NCBI GenBank assembly: GCA_964016885.1
Contig: OZ024741.1
Location: forward strand, 169,198,001 to 169,262,000
From: Eledone cirrhosa
Lineage: Eukaryota
Reading direction: 5' to 3'
DNA: 64,000 bases
Positions 53,095 to 64,000 of this stretch are shown here, piece after piece. The position numbers were made by a program, and so were the translations under genes. The stretch's first letter is position 1. Each line of letters opens with the position of its first letter. The notes below the pieces were generated by a model that saw nothing but the letters and a program-made list of their open reading frames with translations, had not been told where the DNA came from and did not search any database.

Positions 53095-53380
53095 AATCAG
53101 AGGTAGTGTGCAAGAGAGAAAACTGAATTGATATAGACATGGGATGCATATGGATAATGGTGGGTGAAGAAGTGCCAAGAAATAACAGTGGAAGTAAGAT
53201 GCAGTCGATAAAGATCAAGGAAGACCTGAGCAGAGGTGATGAAACCTGATCTCAAATTGCTGAAAATCACAGAGGAGATGACAAAGGAACACAATGAGTG
53301 GAGGGATGCTGTGCAGGAAAAAACTCATCCAACCTATATGAGCATGGAAAAGCAGGTGTAAAGCGATTATGATGATGAAA
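53095..53380 (+). mobile_element. Degenerate RTE 3' fragment
   Basis: WVKKCQEITVE... homologous to 50860-51080. Confidence 0.65.
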
Positions 53381-54680
53381 ACAGAAACATTCATACACAC
53401 ACACACACTATCACTCACATTTGATGTAATCTTTGTTTTTTCATTAGTTTGTTTAAGTGTTGTAATGTGTCTTGTCTCTATTTATCAGATTTTTTTTGTA
53501 TTATGGTTCTTTAATTTATTAGTTCATTTATTTGTTTTGTTGCAGTTGAGCTTATCTTTTGTCTTATCTACTTTTACCTGTTTGTTTTTGTACCTACCGC
53601 TCGATTGAAGATATGAGAAAGCTTTCAGGAAAGATATGCATTAGTTGAAAGAGGAGAGAAAGAGAAAGAAAAAGAGATATAGAGAGAGAACAGTTAACCA
53701 TCTGTTGGCTAACTTGAAATTATTAGCACAAACAAAAGTCACTAGATTATAAGGTGACAGATGGATGAGTGTATGTATATATTTTGTGTGTGCGTGTGTG
53801 TGTATACATTTATATATATATATAAGTCATTTCTGGCACCACACCTGAATAGTGAAGTTTCCATTCTCATTCCAAATTTACAGTGCCAGAGCCATGGAAT
53901 TTTGTTGAGGAAACCCTGACTATATCTGGCCAGTAGTATCTAACCTCCTCCATTAGTTCCTGCTCCTTACCTGTAAGGGTTGTGATGTTCCATGTTCCAG
54001 TTGTCAATGTTTACTCCCTTCTGAACCCTCTTTTAGGTCTCAGGATACACAATCTTTGTGCGTCCATCCCACACATTCCAGGACAAGTCACAGACCCATC
54101 CCCAGTTTTTGCAGCATAAAATGGAGCTGCAATATATTTTTTTAACAGGCTCCTCATCCTAAAGCCTGAACACATCTGATGCGGTATGGTTCTGTCTTGT
54201 TCCTTTCACCATATTGCAGTTTTGGTGGTCTTATTTACACCAGTCACCAATCTGGAACTTTCTTATATTGAGTTTCTGTGGTGTGAGAACTGAGAAAGCC
54301 ACAAATCAGAGTAGTACTTGATGCAGAGTGGGTATATTAATAAGGTAGAGACTCAACCATGAGCTCAAGCAGTTTCAGTTAATTGCCTTTTCAAGCTTCT
54401 CAAGAGATAAAGAAAAAAGTGTCTACTGTTCTCCCCTCTGTTGCTTTTGTGGTTAATAGTTAGGATTATTATTATTATTATGTCTGAAAGAGGTAGGTAT
54501 GTGTGTGAGGAGGGGTGATGTCTGAGTGAGTTCTACCTCCCACTTAACACTCCAGCCCTCCCTCTCTTCCCTATGCTGTCAAGCTATAGCCACTAAAGAA
54601 CCTATACTCCCCTTTCTCTGGGATAGCCATTACCTCATGAAATTCCCTTCCTTTGGCGATTTTTTCTCTATTTCTTAAAG

Positions 54681-54728
54681 AATCTTGAAGAGGTAACAAG
54701 CTGAAACTGCTCAAGCTTGCAGTAGAGT
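54681..54728 (+). ncRNA. Hammerhead-like motif with a full helix III; diverged inverted copy at 54340-54400
   Basis: TTGAAGA-ggtaacaagct-GAAA-CTGC-tcaagctt-GCAG-TA^GAGT. Confidence 0.55.
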
Positions 54729-54948
54729 CTCTACCTCATTAATAAATATTCCTCTTCCACAGTTAGGCTACCCATGTGTTTAATGTATGTAAACATATAT
54801 ATGTTTATATATATACCTTTATTTTGCTTAAACACTGTCTTAGTGCTACAGCCAATTAAATATATATCTGAGTTTTAATCTTGGTCCTACCCATGCTAGC
54901 ATAGAAGATGGACATTAAACGATGATCATGATATATATATCTTTACAG

Positions 54949-54979
<31 letters not shown>

Positions 54980-55819
54980 GTGTAGGTGTCACAAGAAATA
55001 GCACCCAACCCACACTGTAAAGTAGTTATGTAGTTGTAACGACAAAAAGCACCAAGCCCACACTGTAAAGTGGGCGTAGGTGTCACAACAAAAAGCATAC
55101 ATCACACACTGTAAATGTGGTTGGTATTAGGAAGGGCCCCAGCTGTAGAAACTAAGCCAGAAACAGTTTTGTAAGCAAGACATGGTCACCTGACCCAACT
55201 TTCTCTAAATGGGACAACCTGTCTAACCCATGCTAGTGTGGAAAATGGACGTTAAACAATGATGATGATGCGAGCACCGCAATCTAGTGATATAAAGACA
55301 GACCTAAAAAGTGGTGTTGTTGTTTCAAAAGCTCCAGGCTATTGAAATAACAACTATTTTTCAAGAAAAACAGAAAAGCATAAAAATATTATGACCAGAA
55401 AGAGACAACATGTACAATGTGCAAAATGTAGATGCTGGAAAAATTGAAAAATTTAGTATTGTGGTTTTATGGTAGAGCTTAACAAAATCCATTCTATTAC
55501 CTACTGAATTTGAGAATTAAAAACTAGAGGGGTGGGCTGAATCAGAGGAGGGGAAGAAGAGAGAATGAGAGTGAGAGAAATAAAGAGAGAGAGGAGAAAA
55601 TAGGGAAAGAACAAAAAATAAACAGAAAGAAGAGATAACTATATAAACTTATAGGAATTGCCTTTATACTATATTTGAAATAAAGTTTAATGTTATTATA
55701 GTTTCAATAGGAAGAAATGTATTCACATAAACTACAATATAAACGGTAATAAAGAAAACGAAAAAGAAGAGAAATAGGAAAAAGAATAAATAATAAATAA
55801 ATGAATAATTATAAAATAA

Positions 55820-56146
55820 TAAGAAAAACACTACAAATATTTAAAAGCAGAAAAGGAAGGGAAAAGGCAAGGGCGCTAGGGTCACAGATGAATGGGAGGG
55901 GGTGATGGGCTCTAGGCCTAGAGCGCAGCAGTGTTGAGACTGCACCCTGCAGACAAGACCACAAAAGCATTTCTGTGGACAATGGCCAGTGACATTCACT
56001 GCACCAGCCACTCCACTTCATGGGCTCCTTCCTCATGCGAAGGAGCACAGCAGTACGGAGTCTCAGTATGCTTGAGGTCTCGACAGTGACCAGTGTAAGG
56101 AGGATGCAGCCGAACAACCCCCAATATCTGTTTGCCCTCTGCACAC
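55820..56146 (-). mobile_element. RLE-type non-LTR 3' fragment, relative of 30720-31165
   Basis: Shares GGACAATGGCCAGTGACA and TGCACCC..CAGACAAGAC with 30860-30940. Encodes EEGAHEVEWL. Confidence 0.6.
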
Positions 56147-59100
56147 GTGTGTGTGTGTGTGTGTGTGTTTGTGTGTGTGTGTGCATGTTTGTGCACGTTT
56201 TGTGTTCATTTGTGTGCACATTTGTGTGTGCATGTGTGTCAGCATGTATGTGTGTGTGTGCGTGCGTGTGTGTTTCCAGATGTATTCGCGTCTGTGTGTG
56301 TTTGTATGTGTGTGTGCATGTTTGTGCACATTTTGTGTTCATTTGTGTGCACATCTGTGTGTGCATGTGTGTCAGCGTGTATGTGCGTGTGTGTGTGCGT
56401 GCGTGTGTGTTTCCAGATGTATTCGCGTCTGTGTGTGTGTGTTTGTATGTGTGTGTGCATGTTTGTGCACGTTTTGTGTTCATTTGTGTGCACATTTGTG
56501 TGTGCATGTGTGTCAGCGTGTATGTGCGTGTGTGTGTGCGTGCGTGTGTGTTTCCAGATGTATTCGCATCTGTGTGTATGTGTATGTGCGTATTTCTATG
56601 TGTTTCAGTGCACGTGGGTGTGTGGTTGCGTGTGCGTGCATGTGTGCACATGTGTGTGTGTGTGCGTGATTGCGCACGATTAATTGCGAGTGCCTGTGCG
56701 CATGTTTGTGCATTTGTGTGCGCGTTTGGGTGCGCGTTTGTGTTCGCACATGTGTGCGTGTGATTGCGTGAGTGAGTGTATATGTGTATGTGTGTGCGCC
56801 TGCTTGTGTGCGCGCGCGTGTGTGTGCATATGTGAGCGCATGTTTGTGAGATTATATGCAATCATGCGTGCATGAGTATGAGCACGTGTATGTGTGCGTT
56901 TGTGTGCGAATATTTGTGCATGTGTCAATGCGCATGTTTACGCGCGTGCTTGTATGATTGTGCACGATTGTGTGTGCCTGTGTATGCGCATTTGTCTGCG
57001 TTGTTGTGCGTGTTTAAATGGATGTGAACGTGCACGTGAGCCATTGAGTTGGTACACGTTTGTGTGTGCATTTGTGTGCACGTATGAGTGTATGCATGTT
57101 TGTGCGTGCATGTGTATGCGCAGTGTCTGCGTGTTTGTGCATGTACGTGAGCCTGTTTGTGCCTATGTATGTGCGCGGTTTTTGTACGCGTTTTGTGCGC
57201 ATTTTTTGCACGGTTTGTGCGCGGTTTGTGCGTGGTTTTTCTGCCGGTTTTGTGCGCGTTTTTGTGCGTGTCTTTGTGCTCGTTTTTGTCCATATTTTGT
57301 GAACAATTGTGTTTCCAACAATTGTGCGTATTTCTGCGCATAATACTATGTGCATTTGTATGCGCAGTGTTTGTGCGCAGTTTTGTGCACGGTCTTTGCG
57401 CGTTTGTGCGCTGTTTGTGTGCGCCTTTTGTGCACGTTGCTGTACGCGTTTTGAGCGCGTTTTGTGCGGGTTTTGTGCACAATTTTGTGTGCGTGTATGT
57501 CCAGCTGTGTGCGTGTGTATGCGTTTGTGTGCACATACAATTACGCACAGAAATACGCACACAAACGCATATACAATTGTGCACAAAACACGCACAAAAA
57601 CGCACACAATCAGGCGCACTAAAATGCGCATAAAAACGAGCACAAAATGTGCACAAAACGCGCACAAAAACCACGTACAAAAACACAGAAAACTCGCATA
57701 AAAATGCGAACTGACCGTGCGCACAAACTGCGCACAAAACCGCGTATATCCATATGCACAAACATTCGCACGTACATGCACGATCACGCAGACACTGCGC
57801 ATATAAATGCACATACAATTACGTGCAGTAACGCATACACACGCACACATAGCTGGACATACACGCGCACAAAATTGTGCACAAAACACGCACAGTAACG
57901 CGCACAAAAACGTGCAGAAAAACGCGAACAGACTGTGCACAACAACGCGCACAGGCCGTGCACAAAATCCGCGCACAAACTGCGCACAAAAACACACACA
58001 AACAAGCGCATGTGCACGCACATACAATTGTGCGTGTTTTTTGTGCGCGTGGTTGTGCACGGTCTGTGCGTTTTTTTCTACGGTCTGTACGTGTTATTGT
58101 GCTATTTTGGCACAATTAATTGTGTGCCTGTATGTCCAGCTATGTGTGCGTATGTATGCGTTTGTGCACATACAATTACGCGCAGAAACGCAAACACACG
58201 CACACATAGCTGGACATACACTCACACACAATTGTGCACAAAACACGCACAATAACGTGCACATAAACGCGCACAGCCCCTGCACAAAATCCGCGCACAA
58301 AACCGCGCACATCCATACGCACAAACATGCACATACAATTGTACGTGGTTTTGTGCGCGTTTTTATGCGCCATTTTTGTGCGTTTTGTGCGTGGTTTTTC
58401 TGCCGGTTTTGTGCGCGTTTTTGTGCGCGTCTTTGTGCTCGTTTTTGTCCATATTTTGTGAACAATGTGTTTCCAACAATTGTGCGTATTTCTGCGCATA
58501 ATACTATGTGCATTTGTATGCGCAGTGTTTGTGCGCAGTTTTGTGCACGGTCTTTGCGCGTTTGTGCGCTGTTTGTGTGCGCCTTTTGTGCACGTTGCTG
58601 TACGCGTTTTGAGCGCGTTTTTGTACGTGTTTTGTGCACAATTTTGTGTGCGTGTATGTCCAGCTATGTGTGCGTATGTATGCGTTTGTGCACATACAAT
58701 TACGCACATACAAATACGCACAGAAACGCAAACACACGCACACATAGCTGGACATACACTCACACACAATTGTGCACAAAACACGCACAATAACGCGCAC
58801 ATAAACGCGCACTGCTCCTGCACAAAATCCGCGCACAAACCGCGCACAAAACCGCGCACATCCATACGCACAAACATGCACATACAATTGTACGTGGGTT
58901 TGTGCGCGTTTTTATGCGCCATTTTTGTGCATTTTGTGCTTGGTTTTTCTGTCGGTTTTGTGCGCGTTTTGTGCGCGTCTTTGTGCTCGTTTTTGTCCAT
59001 ATTTTGTGAACAATTGTGTTTCCAACAATTGTGCGTATTTCTGCGCATAATACTATGTGCAGTGTTTGTGCGCAGTGTTTGTGCGCAGTTTTGTGCACGG

Positions 59101-61365
59101 TCTTTGCGCGTTTGTGCGCGTTGCTGTACGCGTTTTGAGCGCGTTTTTGTACGTGTTTTCTACACAATTTTGTGTGCGTGTATGTCCAACTATGTGTGCG
59201 TGTGTATGCGTTTGTGTGCACATACAATTACGCACAGAAATACGCACACAAACGCATACACAATTGTGCACAAAACACGCACAAAAACGCACACAATCAG
59301 CCGCACTAAAATGCGCATAAAAACAAGCACAAAATGTGCACAAAACGCGCACAAAATCCACGTACAAAAACACAGAAAACCCGCATAAAAATGCGAACTG
59401 ACCGTGCGCACAAACTGCGCACAGAACCGCGTATATCCATACGCACAAACATTCGCACGTACATGCACGAACACGCAGACACTGCGCATATAAATTCACA
59501 TACAATTACGTGCAGTAACGCATACACACGCACACATAGCTGGACATACACAAAATTGTGCACAAAACACGCACAATAACGCGCACAATAACGCGCACAA
59601 AAACGTGCACAAAAATGCGAACAGACTGTGCACAACAACGCGCACAGGCCGTGCACAAAATCCGCGCACAAATTGCGCATAAAAACGCACAAACAATTGT
59701 GCGTGTTTTTTGTGCGTGTGGTTATGCACGGTCTGTGCGTTTTTTTCTACGGTCTGTACGTGTTGTGCTATTTTGTGCACAATTAATTGTGTGAGTGTAT
59801 GTCCAGCTATGTGTGCGTATGTATGCGTTTGTGCACATACAATTACGCACTTACAAATACGCACAAAAACGCAAACACACGCACACATAGCTGGACATAC
59901 ACTCACACACAATTGTGCACAAAACACGCACAATAACGTGCACATAAACGCGCACATAAACGCGCACAGCCCCTGCACAAAATCCGCGCACAAACCGCGC
60001 ACAAAACCGCGCACATCCATACGCAAAAACATGCACATACAATTGTACGTGGGTTTGTGCGCGTTTTTATGCGCCATTTTTGTGCGCCTTTTTTTGCACG
60101 GTCTGTGAGGGTTTTTTCTACGGTCTGTGCGCGTTATGGTGCGTGTTTTATGCACAATTAATTGTGCATAAGTGTGTGTGTCCAGCTATGTGTGCGTGTG
60201 TATGCGTTTGTGCACATACAATTACACGGAGAAGTACGCACACATACGCATACACACGCACACATAGCTGGACATCCACGTACACACAATTGTGCATAAA
60301 ACGCGCACAAAAACGCCCACAAAAACGGGCACAGGCCGTGCACAAAACACCACGCACAAAAACCGCGCACAAAACCGCGCAAATCCATACGCACAACCAT
60401 GTGCACGTACATGCACAAACACGCAGACACTGCGCATACAAATGCACATACAATTACGCGCAGAAATACGCACACAAACGCATACGCACGTACACATAGC
60501 TGGACACACACGCACACAAAATTGTGTTTACGCACAAGAACGCTCAAAGTTATCGCACAAAAACGCGCACAGACCGTGCACAAAAACCGCGCACAAACCA
60601 CACACAAAATTACGCAAAAACAAGCGCACGTACATGCACATTTTGTACGTGGTTTTGTGCGCGTCTTATGCGCGTTTTGTGCACGTTTTGTACATGGTTT
60701 TTGTGCGCGTTTTGTGCGCTTTTTTATGCCCGTTATTTTTGCGCGTTTTGTGCACAATTTTGTGTTCGTGTGTGTGTGTCTGTATGCGTTTATGTGCTTA
60801 TCTCTGCGCGTAATTGTATGTGCATTTGTATGCGCAGTATCTGCGTGTTTGTGCATGTACGTGCACCTGTTTGTGCGTATGGATGTGCATGGTTTTGTGC
60901 GCGGTTTGTGCACGGTTTAGTGCACGGTCTGTGCGCGTTTTTGTGCGAGTTTTCTGTGTATTTTTGTGCGCGTTTCATGAGCCTTTTGTGCGCTTTTTTA
61001 TGCACGTTTTGTGCACAATTGTGTGTGTGTGTGTCCAGCTATGTGTGCTTATGTATGCGGTTGTGTGCGTATTTCTGTGCCTGTTCACAATTGTATGAGC
61101 GTGTGTATAAGCAATTGTTTTCGAGTGTATGTGTATGTGTGTGCTCATTGGTGTGCGCGTGTGTGCACGCGTGTGTGTGTGTGTGTGTGTGAGCTAAGCG
61201 TATATGTGCTTGTGTGTGTGTGTGCATGTGTGTGCTTGTGTGTGTGTGTACGTTTGTGTACGCATTTGTGAGTGCGGTTATATATATGTGCCGTGTTTGC
61301 ACGTGTGTGTGCATGTCAATGCAGGTGTTTGTGCACGTGTGTTTGTGAGTCGGGTTTGGTGCGCC
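56147..61365. repeat. 5.2-kb complex GT/AC-rich, CpG-rich repeat with alternating orientation blocks
   Basis: About 13 blocks switching between TGTGCG-rich and CGCACA-rich strands. Recurrent ATGTCCAGCTATGTG / CACATAGCTGGACAT and TGTGCACA motifs. Confidence 0.9.
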
Positions 61366-61968
61366 CAACTGGCCTGTCCCTCCTCATGACGGAGCCATCC
61401 AGTCCCACATTGTAAATGTGGTTGGTGTTAGGAAGGGCATCCAAATTTATAGTCCTCATCGGAGCAAGGTGCGACATGGCCAACCATGGCCAAACTTGCT
61501 TCCTAGCCTGGATGACCCATCAAAATCATGCAAGCATGGAAGAATTGATGCTAAACAGGAATGATGATGAATGGTGATATACTCTGAAATTAGTATTAGG
61601 ATTTACATATACCCTACTTTGTAAAATGTTCCATTTGTGGCAAGAAATGTCAGCACAAGCAAAACATTTGGATTTTTCAATTTCAGTTAAAGGATTCATA
61701 ACCTGCATATATGCACCAAATCAGTTTTTGTTTGTATTCCTAATTATCCATTGTTTTCTGTTGTATATCATAATATATTCTTTGAAAAAATCATAATTAA
61801 TCTATGTCTTGACTTTGCAAGGTGATCTATATAGACCTGTAAGGTAAATATAATTTTTGCAGGGCTGAGAGAGAGGAGCTTAAGGGTGAATTTACTAGCT
61901 TGCATTTATTAATCTCATTTTAACCATGCCCAACAAAGCATCCTCCCCTTTAAAAAATAATTCAAACA

Positions 61969-62163
61969 TTAACCCTTTAGCATTTACATTACTCTATATT
62001 TACTATTATATATCTCACATAATATCGAATTTATGAGATTTTGATATTATTTATTTTGAGAACAATACCTTAACATCAGTATGAGCAGCCGGTAATGGCC
62101 AGTTTGAACAGAAAGAGGTGAAAGAATTCTGGCCAGATACAGCCAGTTTAAATGCTAAAGGCT
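61969..62163. mobile_element. piggyBac-like MITE
   Basis: TTAA-CCCTTTAGCATTT...AAATGCTAAAGGG. Confidence 0.7.
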
Positions 62164-62429
62164 ATTTATAGTCAACTGATTCTTTTCACACTAAGTTGTA
62201 TTAATCACTGGTAAATTAGTTATGCATTTTAATTTATTTATTCAATTACTTTATTTGGTGGGGGTGAATAGAAATTAAATTTTATGAAAGAGGTAAAAAG
62301 TATGAGAAGTCCTGATCTATGTATTCTATATTTTCATTCATTTCACACTCATTTTTATATCATTGATTCAATGTTAGAACTACAAACAATTATTTTATTT
62401 CTCCCTCTCCATGTTCATCTCTTATCTAG

Positions 62430-62710
62430 GTCCTGCAACTGTAATCCTGTCACTGCTGCCCAGTCTTAACAGCTGCACCAATCCCTGGATCTACCTGGCT
62501 TTTAGTGGAAAGGTATGGTGTCGACAACAAAGTCAAAATTTTCCTCGCACCTGGACACAAACCACCAATACATACCTTGTCGAGCTTGAGGCTAAGAAAC
62601 GCACTTCATTTGGGGCCGAACACGTCATGTTTGCAAGCGACAGTACGGCTAGGAAGACGCTTAATGTTGATACCAACACCACAACACTCATGTCATCGAG
62701 TCCATGTTAA
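62430..62710 (+). CDS. OPR: Octopressin receptor, final coding exon (TM7 and C-tail)
   Basis: Polypyrimidine tract and TAG| acceptor at 62429. A+GT rebuilds Ser in frame, giving ...[33 protein letters not shown]...SSSPC*. LNSCxNPWIY is the OT/VP receptor TM7 motif. 973+281=1254 nt, i.e. 417 aa plus stop. Confidence 0.92.
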
Positions 62711-62773
62711 ATGAAACAACCTTTTTTTTTTGGTTTATTTTTCATACAGCATGTTTGTATGTATTTATGTATA

Positions 62774-62835
<62 letters not shown>

Positions 62836-63059
62836 TATTTATATATACATATATATATATATATATGCACATATATATGTGCATATACACCTACATTCAA
62901 AGACCCACCCACATATACACACTCATACTTATAATTAAACATATATATACAGACATAGACATATTTATACATATATATATATATAATATATATATATATG
63001 TATATATATATATACATATATATATATATACATACATACATACACACACTTATATACAT

Positions 63060-63112
<53 letters not shown>

Positions 63113-63559
63113 TACACATATTGTTATACTTTGGGAAACTCATGCTGCATATAAAAATGCATGCACCAATTTTGAGTTGCACTTCAGTTTATTAATAGTT
63201 GAGTAACTAATCTATTCATTGGTTAGTTTAGTACCCAGAGAGTTGTTTAATTGTTAACTGTCAAATATTCTGTGACCTTCTCAATGACTATTCTTGCAAG
63301 AATAGTTTCTAAATTAATGAATGAATGGATTAGTTACTCAACCAATAATAACCTGAACTAAAACTCAACTGGTGCATGTGTTTTTATTGCCAGCATGACC
63401 CTCCCAAATTATAACATTATTTGTTTAAACACATGTTTCACACCATAATCTTGCAGAACAAATACAAAACGAAGTATGTATATATATATTATTGCCTGAA
63501 TGTATGGTTGTAATAACTAAAGAAACAGCCGTCAATATGTAAGCATAGTAATAAATATA

Positions 63560-63720
63560 TTATATTATATAAAATACACGGCTAACTGGTGTATACCTTC
63601 CTAGGTACTCGGAGTTTCTCGAAATAAGTTGATGTTACTTCGTTTGATCAGGAAGTGAGTCAAGTTCAAGTATCTAGGAAGGTATATCCCAGTTTGCCAT
63701 GTATTTTATATAATATAGTA
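63560..63720. repeat. Imperfect inverted repeat downstream of OPR
   Basis: TATTATATAAAATACACGGCTAACTGGTGTATACCTTCCTAGGTACT pairs with AGTATCTAGGAAGGTATATCCCAGTTTGCCATGTATTTTATATAATA. Confidence 0.7.
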
Positions 63721-64000
63721 TGTCTATATAACTTGATCAATAAGTGATTGGGGTTGTGTATTAAATCATATATGAAATGGTGATATAAATAAACATTTTC
63801 ATAGCCTTTTAGAAGCGATGATAAATCACCAGTTGTCTTTAGCAAACAAGCAAGGAAAAGCATTCTAATAGCACCGTTTCTGGTTTCTTAATCATCGACA
63901 GAGAAGCTTACTTCTTCTTGGATGCTAAGACAAAAATAAGCTAAAAGCTTATAGGTTTTATGCTTATGAACATCAACTGGAAAAATTCATTTGTATACTG

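Noticed and set aside
55809-61389. Many Cys/Val- or His/Thr-rich ORFs
   Set aside because: Low-complexity GT/AC repeat is open in most frames, with no coding signal.
62411-62429. Met start of the 99-aa ORF
   Set aside because: It lies in the polypyrimidine tract upstream of the splice acceptor.

Overview
This is AT-rich, microsatellite-laden eukaryotic DNA, most likely from an octopus. It holds one host gene, an oxytocin/vasopressin-family GPCR that I recognise as the octopressin receptor (OPR). The gene is on the + strand with coding exons 42283-43255 and 62430-62710 (417 aa), split by a 19.2-kb phase-1 intron after TM6. The rest of the window is mobile DNA: tRNA-CORE SINEs, Nin/Deu-domain SINEs, RTE/CR1/Tx1/RLE LINE fragments, a Penelope GIY-YIG fragment, Helitron pieces, piggyBac-like MITEs and two large simple-sequence arrays. 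The most striking unexplained signal is a set of at least seven sequence-unrelated short elements, each carrying a type I hammerhead ribozyme fold. Some have a compensatory U3-A8 core. They sit in (TA)n tracts, often as inverted pairs, and two copies lie in sense orientation inside the OPR intron. They look like a diverse population of non-autonomous Penelope-like or retrozyme elements. All structures were paired by eye and repeat coordinates are approximate.
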